This document shows positions 52,662 through 62,198 of a stretch of DNA of 64,000 bases, piece after piece. This DNA is from Candidatus Heimdallarchaeota archaeon (GTDB taxonomy: Archaea > Asgardarchaeota > Heimdallarchaeia > JABLTI01): contig DXJV01000087.1 in the NCBI GenBank assembly GCA_019056785.1, positions 8,295-72,294 on the forward strand, in the 5' to 3' direction. The position numbers and the translations under genes were made by a program. Position 1 is the first letter of the stretch. The number at the start of each line of letters is the position of its first letter. The notes under the pieces were generated by a model. That model was not told the DNA's origin. It did not search any database and was given only the letters and a program-made list of their open reading frames with translations.

Positions 52662-53570
52662 GTGAAAAAATACTCAAGGGAAAAATATAGCTTGACAATG
52701 TTTAACCGTTTAGTTAACCAACCTCTGATTCAAGCCCGGGAGTTGCTCCCATGGGAAGTCTATCTGAAAGGCTTTTGTATTGGCTTTCTTATTTTTGGTA
52801 GTATAGTTGTCTTGTTAGTTTTGATTACAATGGGTATTAGCACTGGACATGCACTAACTCATGAGTTTGATCACGGATTAAATCATGATATTACCACAGA
52901 GGTTAATGTTGATAAAGATTTAACCATTGATAAGGACCTCTCTATCGATAAAGGTTTACCTTTTGAGAGGGAGCTTACTTTCGACAAAGAACTTTCTGTT
53001 GATAAGGATCTCACAATTGATAAAGATGTCTCAATTACCCATGAGCTTAGTTTAGGTGAGGTTGACCATCTCCATGGGCCAATGGTTGTAGATAAAAGTG
53101 GTTCGGCACCGCTTCTTTTATTAATTGCAATTTTCTCAATTACTTTTGGCGGTTTAGGATTGTTGTTATTTTGGCAACAACCTGAAATGAATCCTTTTGC
53201 GCGACTAGCAACTATTTTAATTACACCTATTCTTTTATCAATAATTGTTGATCTCCTCTGGCGAAAAATTGCTGTTTCTGAAACATATCGTCTTCCGACA
53301 AATCAAGAATTTATCGGAAAAGAAGCAGTTGTGATGGTAGAAGTTGATGCAGAAGGGGGAACTATTCGCGTTGAATTACCCGATCAACTTGAGCCTTTGC
53401 GCGTACCGGCAAAAGCAGTGCACAAACATCAGAAATTTCTCAAAGATGAATTAGTTTTTATTGTAGGTATTGATAAGAACTTTTATCTTGTGGATAACAG
53501 CCGAGATTTACTCAAGGGAAAAAGTAAATTACAACTCTCAGAACCTGAAGAAAACGAAGACCAAGAGTAA
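52662..53570 (+). CDS. NfeD-like membrane protein (C-terminal OB-fold) with an internal hexapeptide-repeat loop
   Basis: TM helices, then the C-terminal FIGKEAVVMVEVDAEGGTIRVEL...VFIVGIDKNFYLV, resembling the NfeD OB domain. It lies directly downstream of the SPFH gene, a known pairing. GTG at 52662; ATG (MFNRL) at 52698 is an alternative. Confidence 0.65.
   Translation: MKKYSREKYSLTMFNRLVNQPLIQARELLPWEVYLKGFCIGFLIFGSIVVLLVLITMGISTGHALTHEFDHGLNHDITTEVNVDKDLTIDKDLSIDKGLPFERELTFDKELSVDKDLTIDKDVSITHELSLGEVDHLHGPMVVDKSGSAPLLLLIAIFSITFGGLGLLLFWQQPEMNPFARLATILITPILLSIIVDLLWRKIAVSETYRLPTNQEFIGKEAVVMVEVDAEGGTIRVELPDQLEPLRVPAKAVHKHQKFLKDELVFIVGIDKNFYLVDNSRDLLKGKSKLQLSEPEENEDQE
52899..53066 (+). repeat. 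About nine tandem 18-nt (hexapeptide) repeats inside the NfeD-like gene
   Basis: The peptide reads EVNVDK-DLTIDK-DLSIDK-GLPFER-ELTFDK-ELSVDK-DLTIDK-DVSITH-ELSLGE. His-rich segments flank it (HALTHEFDHGLNHD and VDHLHG). Confidence 0.8.
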
Positions 53571-53604
53571 ACTTAAAAGAAAAAGAAGAGAAAGGCCCAA
53601 GCCT

Positions 53605-54501
53605 TCAGAGCTCCAAGTTTTTTAAGAAGGCCCGTAATTCTTCTCCGATCTCTTTATCCCGAAGACAAAAACTAACAAAGGCTTTTGCATAAAGTGGAAA
53701 AGAACCTGTATCGAATCGCTTTTCACTTTCTGCCAACTGTAAAGCAACGATTCTGCCTTCTTTGCGAAGCAAGTGCATTGCATCTGTGAGCTGTTTTTCG
53801 CCTCCCTTCCCAACTTTCACTTGTTTAATATAGTCAAAAATAACTGGTGAGAACACATAACGCCCACAGATTGCAAGATTACTCGGAGCTTCTTTGGGCG
53901 AAGGTTTCTCAATTAAGTCTTTGACTAAGTATTTCCCTTTTGTTTGTGTGCTTTTCTGCTCTTCCAAAAAAGGGCTTACAGCTAAAATGCCGTATCGATT
54001 GCAATGCTCTAATGGGATTTCCTCAACTGAAAGTGCGCAAACAGCCTTTGCCTTCCTATGAAAGTCAATGAGTCGTGCAAGATGGATTGGGCTTTGGGAG
54101 GAATCGATAATCGTATCTCCCAATGCAACAACAAAGTTGTCATTCCCGACAAATTCCTTTGCTTTATAAACAGCATCAGCCAGGCCTGTTGGGATTGCTT
54201 GCCGGACATAGAATATTTGCACATTCAAATTCTCCAGGGCTTCTAAATCATGTAGTTGATTTACTTTATTTTTTTTCTTCAAGTCTTCAAGAAGAATAGG
54301 GTCCCGGTCAAAATGGTCCTCAATTGCCCGTTTGTTTTTTCCAGTAATAATTAAAATATCTTTAATCCCTGCAGCTTCCATCTCTTCAACAATATATTGG
54401 ATGACTGGCTTTTTTGCTACTGGTAACATCTCTTTTGGTTGGGATTTTGTTGCAGGGAGCATTCTGGTTCCCAAACCCGCTGCTGGAATGACACCTTTCA
54501 T
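53605..54501 (-). CDS. galU: UTP--glucose-1-phosphate uridylyltransferase
   Basis: MKGVIPAAGLGTRMLPATKSQPKEMLPV is the GalU N-terminal signature. Length 298 aa. Confidence 0.85.
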   Translation of the reverse strand: MKGVIPAAGLGTRMLPATKSQPKEMLPVAKKPVIQYIVEEMEAAGIKDILIITGKNKRAIEDHFDRDPILLEDLKKKNKVNQLHDLEALENLNVQIFYVRQAIPTGLADAVYKAKEFVGNDNFVVALGDTIIDSSQSPIHLARLIDFHRKAKAVCALSVEEIPLEHCNRYGILAVSPFLEEQKSTQTKGKYLVKDLIEKPSPKEAPSNLAICGRYVFSPVIFDYIKQVKVGKGGEKQLTDAMHLLRKEGRIVALQLAESEKRFDTGSFPLYAKAFVSFCLRDKEIGEELRAFLKNLEL

Positions 54502-54679
54502 ATAACTTTCACAACCACTTTTCTTATTTTATTATTGAGATAAATTTCTCATCACCCATATATTAGAGAGGTTTATATCAATATAAAACTTCGGGAATTT
54601 TTTTATAAAGACACAAAATACCAAATTTTTTAGGTCTTGTAGAGCGACTATTAAACCGACAAAACCCAAACAGAAGCAA

Positions 54680-54722
54680 TAAAGAAAGAAAAAGAAGAGG
54701 TTCATTGCAAAAAAGCAATGAA
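54680..54722 (-). terminator. Perfect 8-bp hairpin immediately after the atpB stop, followed by a T-rich tract
   Basis: TTCATTGC-aaaaaa-GCAATGAA (54701-54722). On the - strand it is followed by CCTCTTCTTTTTCTTTCTTTATT. Confidence 0.5.
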
Positions 54723-54723
54723 T

Positions 54724-56175
54724 TTATACGTCACGATTGTTGTAATTGACAGAGGGGTCTCGGTCGGAGGGATGGAAATAGTCGAGGATTTTATCAGAAA
54801 TACGCTTAAGGTCCCGTTTTGGATTTGGGAACGCAGCAAGAAGATCCCAACCTATGTCCAAAGTCGCAAAAATCGACCGATTCTCATCTCTTCCTTGATT
54901 GATGAACTTGGCTTCAAATTCATCGGCAAATTTGAGATAGAGGTGGTCTTCTTCTGTCAAGGATTCTTCACCGACAACTGCAACTAAATTCCGGAGGTCA
55001 ATACCTCGAGAATAGGCATAATACAATTGGTCGGCGAGTTCTTTATGGTCTCTTCGTGTCAAACCTTTCCCAATGCCTTCTTTCATCAACCGAGATAAAG
55101 AGGGGCCAACATTGATTGGTGGATAAATTCCCCGACGATGCAATCCTCTATCAAGAAGTACTTGTCCTTCTGTTATGTAACCAGAAAGGTCAGGCACAGG
55201 ATGCGTCATATCATCGTTTGGCATGGAAAGAATGGGCATTTGCGTGATGGTGCCTTTCTTCCCTCGAATCCGTCCGGCACGTTCATAAATACTTGCCAAG
55301 TCAGAATACAAGTAGCCAGGATATCCACGTCTTCCGGGCACTTCTTCTCTTGCAGCACCAATCTCTCGGAGTGATTCAGCATAATTTGTCATATCAGTCA
55401 AAATAACAAGAAGATGCATATCGCATTCATAGGCAAGATATTCCGCAGCTGTTAAAGCAAGGCGTGGAGTAATGATCCGTTCGATGGCAGGGTCATCTGC
55501 AAGATTAAGAAAGAGAACAACACGATCCAAAGCACCACTTTTTTGAAATTCGTTTCTAAAGAATTGTGCTTCTTCTGCCGTTATACCCATTGCAGCAAAA
55601 ACAACTGCAAATTCTTCTTTTTCACCCAATACAGTTGCCTGTCTGGCAATTTGTGCTGCTACTTCATTATGTGGCAACCCACTTGCAGAAAAGATCGGCA
55701 ATTTTTGCCCTCGGATAAGTGTAAAAAGACCATCTAGTGTCGAGATTCCCGTTTGAATGAATTCTCGCGGGTACTGTCTTGCGTAGGGATTAATAGGTGA
55801 GCCAGAAATTGGCCACTCCTCCTTGGCAATGATCGGTGGTTGATTGTCAATGGGTTCACCTCTTCCGTTAAAGATCCGGCCAAGCACATCTACCGACACA
55901 GGTAATTTCATGGTTTCCCCTAAGAATTGCACCGTGGTATCTTTTACATCAATACCTGTTGTGCCTTCAAACAATTGCACGACAGCAATGTCCCTTGACA
56001 CCTCAAGGATTTGGCCTGAACGTACCTCACCATTTGGGAGACGTACTTTTGCAATTTCGCCATACGAAACGCCGCCACGCCCTTTGAGGTTCACAAACAA
56101 GAGGGGGCCTGAAACCTCTGTAGCTGTCTTGAAGATTCGTTTTGAAAGTACTTTTTTGGTTGGTGTTTCTGTCAT
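54724..56175 (-). CDS. atpB: A-type ATP synthase subunit B (non-catalytic)
   Basis: 483 aa with [28 protein letters not shown]-like ([12 protein letters not shown]) and [14 protein letters not shown] motifs. Confidence 0.95.
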   Translation of the reverse strand: MTETPTKKVLSKRIFKTATEVSGPLLFVNLKGRGGVSYGEIAKVRLPNGEVRSGQILEVSRDIAVVQLFEGTTGIDVKDTTVQFLGETMKLPVSVDVLGRIFNGRGEPIDNQPPIIAKEEWPISGSPINPYARQYPREFIQTGISTLDGLFTLIRGQKLPIFSASGLPHNEVAAQIARQATVLGEKEEFAVVFAAMGITAEEAQFFRNEFQKSGALDRVVLFLNLADDPAIERIITPRLALTAAEYLAYECDMHLLVILTDMTNYAESLREIGAAREEVPGRRGYPGYLYSDLASIYERAGRIRGKKGTITQMPILSMPNDDMTHPVPDLSGYITEGQVLLDRGLHRRGIYPPINVGPSLSRLMKEGIGKGLTRRDHKELADQLYYAYSRGIDLRNLVAVVGEESLTEEDHLYLKFADEFEAKFINQGRDENRSIFATLDIGWDLLAAFPNPKRDLKRISDKILDYFHPSDRDPSVNYNNRDV

Positions 56176-56187
56176 TTTTCTTTTCTC

Positions 56188-57999
56188 CTAATCTTTTGTC
56201 AATCCTGGCATCATACGGCCACTGATCCGGTCGACAATATCATCAGCGTGGAGTGCATCAATCTCCATCAAGAGATTGCCCAAGTCTTTCTCTGCCTTTT
56301 TATTTGGGACATATTTCATTCGAGCAATTTTATCGACTATGGGCAAATTCATCATTTCGGGTAATTTCACACCTTGATTATAGAGTTCTCTCATTTTATG
56401 ATAGAAATCAATAATTGCTTTAAGCATCAACCATTGTTTCTGAATGGAGGCATAACTGTCAACATCACTGAAAGCGTTCTGTTGCAAAAAGTCTTCCTTG
56501 ATCATTCTCGCAGTTTCGAGGATAATTTTTTCGGATTCGGGTAAAGCCTCGGGACCGACTAGTTGGACGATGTCTTCTAACTCTTTATCTTTTTGAAGAA
56601 TGGCCATTGCTTCGGAACGATAAGCTAGAAAATTAGGGTCAACATTTTCCGAATACCAAGGAGCCAATTCATCAGTATAAAGAGTATAGGAAATCAAATA
56701 ATCAATGGCTGGGAAATGACGCCTTGCAGCCAAATCTTTACTTAATGCCCAAAAGACTTTAGTAATCCGCAAGGTATTCTGAGTGACGGGTTCGGAAAAG
56801 TCCCCGCCTGGGGGGCTCACCGCACCGGTTATCGAGATAGACCCTTGCCGGTCCTTTGAGCCTAAAGTGAGAACTCTGCCTGCGCGCTCGTAGAATTGAG
56901 CGATTTTACTGGCGAGATAGGCAGGATATCCGGCTTCGCCAGGCATCTCTTCTAATCGGCCAGAAATTTCTCGCATCGCTTCTGCCCAACGAGAAGTACT
57001 GTCAGCCATCAAAGCAACATCAAAACCCATATCTCGATAATATTCTGCCAGAGTCATGCCAGTATAGACACTTGCTTCACGAGCAGCAACAGGCATATTG
57101 CTCGTATTTGCGATGAGAATTGTTCGGTTCATAAGTGGTTCACCGGTATTTGGGTCTATTAGCTCAGGAAAGTCTTCAAGGACATTTGTCATCTCGTTTC
57201 CACGCTCACCACAACCGATGTACACAACTATTTGCGCATCTGACCATTTAGCCAATTGATGTTGTGAGACAGTTTTCCCTGTACCAAAGCCACCTGGGAT
57301 TGCGCTTGTACCACCTTTTGCGATCGGGAAGAATGTATCGAAGATCCTTTGTCCTGTAAGTAATGGAATGGAAGGTTCCAGTCGCTTCTTTATTGGCCGA
57401 GGATGTCTGACGGGCCATTTCTGGAGCATGGGGATCTCAATTTCTTGCCCATTATGTTTTACTTTACAAATAGGCTCCTTAATTGTGTAATCGCCCTTCT
57501 TTACAATCTCGGTAATTGTTCCTTTAATGCCCGGAGGAATCATCACTCGATGTTCTACTACAGTGCCTTCCTTTACTGTACCAATAATATCGCCTGCTAC
57601 CACCTTCGTACCTTTTTCAATAGTGGGAACAAAAGGCCATTTAATATTGTAATCTAAAGGAGGAACTACCACACCCCGACGAATGAAATCATCTTTTGTT
57701 TGCTCAAGAATATCAGGAAGGGGTCGTTGAATACCATCATAGATCTTACCGATAAGGCCTGGGGCTAATTCAGCACTTAATCCGGCCCCAGTACCAATCA
57801 CCTTTTCATTGGGAAGCAAACCATCAGTCTCTTCATACACCTGAATGGTGCAAACGTCACCTTGAATCCTAATAATTTCACCAATAAGGCCTTCTTCACC
57901 GACTTTGCAAACTTCGTACATGGAGCTCCCAAACATACCATCCGCTTCCACAACGGGACCGGAGATCTTGAGAATTCTTCCAACTCTTTGTTTTGACAC
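56188..57999 (-). CDS. atpA: A-type ATP synthase subunit A (catalytic)
   Basis: 603 aa with Walker [18 protein letters not shown], and [34 protein letters not shown] start; normal length, so no intein. Confidence 0.95.
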   Translation of the reverse strand: MSKQRVGRILKISGPVVEADGMFGSSMYEVCKVGEEGLIGEIIRIQGDVCTIQVYEETDGLLPNEKVIGTGAGLSAELAPGLIGKIYDGIQRPLPDILEQTKDDFIRRGVVVPPLDYNIKWPFVPTIEKGTKVVAGDIIGTVKEGTVVEHRVMIPPGIKGTITEIVKKGDYTIKEPICKVKHNGQEIEIPMLQKWPVRHPRPIKKRLEPSIPLLTGQRIFDTFFPIAKGGTSAIPGGFGTGKTVSQHQLAKWSDAQIVVYIGCGERGNEMTNVLEDFPELIDPNTGEPLMNRTILIANTSNMPVAAREASVYTGMTLAEYYRDMGFDVALMADSTSRWAEAMREISGRLEEMPGEAGYPAYLASKIAQFYERAGRVLTLGSKDRQGSISITGAVSPPGGDFSEPVTQNTLRITKVFWALSKDLAARRHFPAIDYLISYTLYTDELAPWYSENVDPNFLAYRSEAMAILQKDKELEDIVQLVGPEALPESEKIILETARMIKEDFLQQNAFSDVDSYASIQKQWLMLKAIIDFYHKMRELYNQGVKLPEMMNLPIVDKIARMKYVPNKKAEKDLGNLLMEIDALHADDIVDRISGRMMPGLTKD

Positions 58000-58188
58000 A
58001 ATTCAATCCTCTTAACAGCTCTTTTTTCTGATGAATAGGGGATTTTACCCGCTTAATCAGTTTGCGGTTTTAATGAATGTACTCTAATTCATTCTTTTTG
58101 AAAAATAGCTTACATAAAAAAGCTTTGTTAACTAAATGAAAAAGCAGTTTAACAGAAAAGAGAAAAAAGGGGGAAAATGAATAATTCT

Positions 58189-58767
58189 TTAAGTTTTGAA
58201 GAATTCAGAAAAGATATCTTCTTCTTCCTCTTCCCCTTCTTTTTCTTTCTTACCTTTGTCTTTTTCAGCGCCTTCTTTACTTGTCGCTGATTCCACCATT
58301 GTTAATTCTTCTTCTACATGTTCGCCGGCAGCGCTTTCGATGACTTTACAAAAGTCTGAGTGAAGTTTAATGGGGATGGGGATTTGGGAATCAAGCAATT
58401 CCACAGTAACCTCTTCACGGCTCACATCAATACGGTTGATCTTAGCGCGACTGCCTTTAAATGGCCCACTAATAATTTCAATGATGTCATTGACATGCAA
58501 CCCTTCAATGGTTGGTTTTGGAACAAGAAAACTTTCCAGCTCAGAGATATCTACTTCACCAACAACACGGCTTCGTAAATGCGGGATGCCCAGAACCGCT
58601 TTGTCCACATTTTCAATATCCTTTGCTTCGATGAATAAATAGCCCCGCAAAGATTCAGGTATCAACAAAGAGTAAACTTCGAGCTTCTTCGTTTCGATCT
58701 TTTTGTTGATATGCTTTGCAATGGCTCTTTCTTGGCCAATTGTTGCCCGTAGCGTCCAAATAGTCAT
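58189..58767 (-). CDS. spt5: Transcription elongation factor Spt5 (NusG homologue) with a ~44-aa acidic C-terminal tail
   Basis: NGN domain (IWTLRATIGQERAIAKHI...GYLFIEA) plus KOW (IIEIISGPFKGSRAKINRID). The tail is ...GAEKDKGKKEKEGEEEEEDIFSEFFKT. Classical secE-spt5 adjacency. Confidence 0.85.
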   Translation of the reverse strand: MTIWTLRATIGQERAIAKHINKKIETKKLEVYSLLIPESLRGYLFIEAKDIENVDKAVLGIPHLRSRVVGEVDISELESFLVPKPTIEGLHVNDIIEIISGPFKGSRAKINRIDVSREEVTVELLDSQIPIPIKLHSDFCKVIESAAGEHVEEELTMVESATSKEGAEKDKGKKEKEGEEEEEDIFSEFFKT

Positions 58768-58996
58768 ACTTTCTTCAACCCTTAGGCTCTTCCGAATTTT
58801 GTTCCTATTAAATCTTTTTTATACTACTTTAATAAAGATTGTTTGTCCTTTTGGAGAAGGGATCCTGGAAAAAACTTTCCCAAAGAGAGCTCTAAATTGA
58901 TTCAAATGGGAAAGAGGAAGTTATTCGTCCTCTTCTTTTAGAAAGAAGACTTAGCGCTTTGCCTTAAGAGGAATAAACAAGTGAGCGTAATTATTT

Positions 58997-59185
58997 TTAT
59001 TGTATGTTTCCAATTACAGTGAAGAGAATGTGAATAATATAACCAACTAACCCAACAAGCAATATGCCAATTGCAGTAATTCGCACAGTTAACCAGATTT
59101 CCTTTCGATCAGGTCGCTTACTATGAATCAATAATCGTTTACTTCGTGTGAAAAATTCTCCGATGTTCATACTCGTCACGTTCAC
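58997..59185 (-). CDS. secE: Protein translocase subunit SecE / Sec61-gamma
   Basis: 62 aa. A basic N-terminus (SKRPDRKEIW) precedes a single C-terminal TM helix; upstream of spt5. Confidence 0.8.
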   Translation of the reverse strand: MNVTSMNIGEFFTRSKRLLIHSKRPDRKEIWLTVRITAIGILLVGLVGYIIHILFTVIGNIQ

Positions 59186-59383
59186 ATTAATAGCTTGTTC
59201 ATATGGACAATAGTCGCTACACAGAAAAAGCGACGGATATTTTAAAATCTTTTGTCAAGACCCGAGATTTTCTAATGCGGAAAATTTGGCCAGTTTCGAC
59301 CACTTTTTTCATAATTACTGACCATATAAAGATAAATTAAGAGAAAAAGTCAAATTAAAAAAAGATTTAAGATTCAAAAGACA

Positions 59384-60886
59384 TTGAATAAAAAGGAGCT
59401 CTTACAATCTATGTCAATAGCAAAAACAGAAACAATCGTCCCAGAAAAACCTTCCATCAAGGAAGTCTTAAAGAATCGTCCGTTTATGCTACTCTTCACG
59501 GCACAATTCATTGAGAATATCGGTCGAGCGATCTCGGGTTTAGCACTAGAATTTCTAATCTACGAACTTACGAGAAGCCCTCTTATGATGGGTATTCTTT
59601 CTATCATCTGGCTCTTACCCTTTGTTGTTATAGCTCCTTTTGCAGGTGTTTATACCGACCAGTTCGATCAACGTAAGATCATGCTGTGGTCAAATATTGT
59701 CAGCTTTTTTGCTGCGATAGGATTCCTTATTATTTATTTACTGAAGGATGCATTAACAATAATAACATTCATTAAAATTGCTCCTGGTCACAATTTAGTG
59801 ACCATTAATTATACTCACGTTATTTGGCCACTCTTTCTCTTATTGTTTATTAACTCCTCTTCTGCTGCCTTTTTCTTCCCGGCAAGAAACGCCTATACAC
59901 GCTTGATCATTAAAAAGAAGAACTTACTTGTTGCAAATTCCATTGGGAGCACTGTTTTCCAAATTGCAACAATTGTTGGATACGTCTTAGCAGGGGTGTT
60001 AGCGGAAGCAAGCTATCTCGGAAGCTTCATTACAAATGCTGGAACCTTTTTAATTTCCGGTACACTTATTACCCTTCTCTTCCATATTGGGAAGAAGCCT
60101 CCAGAAAGAGTAAAAGAAAAGACACGCACATTGAAAGCGGAAATGAAGAAATTCTATAATGACATTCGTATTGGTTACCAGGCAGTTAAAGAAAAGCCTA
60201 AAATCTCCTATATGCTCTTAATTTTCTCTGCGATTACCTTCACTTTTGGGGCGGTAAATGTATTGTTTATTGTCATTCTTCAAGGCGAGATGTCTTTGGG
60301 GGCAACATGGTATGGCATTTTCCAAGGGCTTATGGGCGCTTCGGGCATCATTACAGCGATTGTTTTAATGGCAATTGGGAAAATTAAACGGAAAGTGATG
60401 GTATTAAATATTGCGTTTGTGTTTGCAACAATTGCCCTATATTTCTTTGCAGTAATAAGAAACAAATGGGTTATGGCAGCTATCCTCTTTTCATTTGGAA
60501 TTATTAGTGTTTCAATTAACGTACCCTCCTCGACCCTAATTCAAGAAAAAATTGCTTATGAAAAACAAGGGCGGGTATTTGGAGCAATGCAACTCGCTCA
60601 AGGAATCGCGCAGCTCTTAGGTATGGGAATAGTTTCTTTAATTGCCGAATATGTTCTTCCTATGTATGTCTTACTAGCAAGTTCAACACTTTGTGCAATT
60701 ATCATTTTTGCAGGCATGATTTATTCCGGCATAAAAGGTCTAATGGGGAATGATTACACAGAATCAGAGAAGAGCGATAACACAGAGCTATCCTCGATAA
60801 AGGATGAGCCTCTTGTCTTTGATGAAAAAGAAAGAATGATTAGAGAAGAGTTAGAGCTTGATCAAACTGTTCCTACCATAGAATAA
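59384..60886 (+). CDS. MFS transporter
   Basis: About 12 hydrophobic helices and an MFS-like loop motif after TM2 (APFAGVYTDQFDQRKIM, resembling G-x-x-x-D-R-x-G-R-R). TTG at 59384; ATG at 59411 is an alternative. Confidence 0.75.
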   Translation: MNKKELLQSMSIAKTETIVPEKPSIKEVLKNRPFMLLFTAQFIENIGRAISGLALEFLIYELTRSPLMMGILSIIWLLPFVVIAPFAGVYTDQFDQRKIMLWSNIVSFFAAIGFLIIYLLKDALTIITFIKIAPGHNLVTINYTHVIWPLFLLLFINSSSAAFFFPARNAYTRLIIKKKNLLVANSIGSTVFQIATIVGYVLAGVLAEASYLGSFITNAGTFLISGTLITLLFHIGKKPPERVKEKTRTLKAEMKKFYNDIRIGYQAVKEKPKISYMLLIFSAITFTFGAVNVLFIVILQGEMSLGATWYGIFQGLMGASGIITAIVLMAIGKIKRKVMVLNIAFVFATIALYFFAVIRNKWVMAAILFSFGIISVSINVPSSTLIQEKIAYEKQGRVFGAMQLAQGIAQLLGMGIVSLIAEYVLPMYVLLASSTLCAIIIFAGMIYSGIKGLMGNDYTESEKSDNTELSSIKDEPLVFDEKERMIREELELDQTVPTIE

Positions 60887-60919
60887 GAAAAGAGAAAAAA
60901 GGAAGAAACTTGATAATAA

Positions 60920-62065
60920 TTATTCGAATGTTTCAAGTCCCAAGTCCAAATCCTCCTCGAGGAGAACATCCATTCCTAAAGCATCTTCTTGAATGTTAGA
61001 GATGATATAAGGACTACGCACACCACTCACAATAATTGTTGCACGTATTGTTCCCTCAAGTTTAGGATCAATTAACACACCAAACTTTACTACAATATCA
61101 TTACTTAAACTGTCTGTTACAGCCCGAATCACTTCTTCGGTTTGATTGAGCTTCAAGTCCGGGCCGCCTGTGATATTTAACAGCACGCTTTTTGCGGACC
61201 GAATATCTACCTCAAGAAGTGGATTCTTCAAGGCGTCTTCTACTGCTTCGCGAGCACGATTGTCAGGGCTACTGGATTCTCCAAGACCGATTATGGCTGC
61301 TCCGCCCTCGCCCAAAACACGTTGTACATCAGCAAAATCAACATTCACATCACCTGGGCGATTAATAATTTCGGTCACTCCGCGTACGGCCCGAATGAGA
61401 ATTTCATCTGCTACGAGAAAAGCCTCTTTTAGAGAGAGTTCAGGGGCAATTTCAATTAACTTCTCATTTGGAACAACAATTGTCGTATCACTACTTTCGT
61501 ACAAACGACGCAACCCTTCTTTTGCGTGTTGCAATTTTGTGCGCCCTTCGACTTCAAAAGGCAGAGTACAAATTGAAACTGTTAGAACTTCAAGGTTTTT
61601 AGCGATACGAGCTATTACTGGTGCAGCACCTGTGCCTGTACCTCCACCCAGGCCACAAACAATAAAGCACATATCCACTTGTGATAAAATACCTTTTAGT
61701 GTCTCACTCGATTCCATCGCCGCTTCTGCTCCAATTTGAGGATCATTTCCGGCGCCTAATCCCCGACACAGTTCCCGTCCGAGAAGGAGTTTCTTGTGAC
61801 TTTTCGAATAAAGAAGTTGTTGAGCATCAGTATTCGCTGCTAAAGTAACTGCACCGACGATACCAGATTCATTCAAGCGAGTGATTGCATTATTTCCTGC
61901 ACCACCAACACCGATCACCAGAATTTTCGCTTGCATGTTTTCAATGATTTTTCGCAAATCATTATCAACATCATTGGCATCATGTTGTCCTTCCTTCGGA
62001 GCAAACAAATCAGGGACTTTTTCTTTTTCGGTTATGTTTTTAATAAAAGATTCCAAGTTCCTCAC
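60920..62065 (-). CDS. ftsZ: Cell division protein FtsZ
   Basis: VIGVGGAGNNAI, NTDAQ, the tubulin signature GLGGGTGTGAAPVIA, and a C-terminal acidic tail. Confidence 0.95.
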   Translation of the reverse strand: MRNLESFIKNITEKEKVPDLFAPKEGQHDANDVDNDLRKIIENMQAKILVIGVGGAGNNAITRLNESGIVGAVTLAANTDAQQLLYSKSHKKLLLGRELCRGLGAGNDPQIGAEAAMESSETLKGILSQVDMCFIVCGLGGGTGTGAAPVIARIAKNLEVLTVSICTLPFEVEGRTKLQHAKEGLRRLYESSDTTIVVPNEKLIEIAPELSLKEAFLVADEILIRAVRGVTEIINRPGDVNVDFADVQRVLGEGGAAIIGLGESSSPDNRAREAVEDALKNPLLEVDIRSAKSVLLNITGGPDLKLNQTEEVIRAVTDSLSNDIVVKFGVLIDPKLEGTIRATIIVSGVRSPYIISNIQEDALGMDVLLEEDLDLGLETFE

Positions 62066-62198
62066 CTATGAGAGCTAATTAGGAACATTTTATTAAAAAA
62101 CCAATGTGAGACCAAGAACTTGTTCTAATAATTACAGAGATAACATCTACAGAATACATTAAGAGGGAAGAAGAAAAAAGGCGCTTAAAAGAGCCTTT

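Noticed and set aside
56188-57999. Possible intein in atpA, as is common in some archaea.
   Set aside because: The length (603 aa) and the uninterrupted Walker A and downstream motifs are those of an intein-free subunit A.
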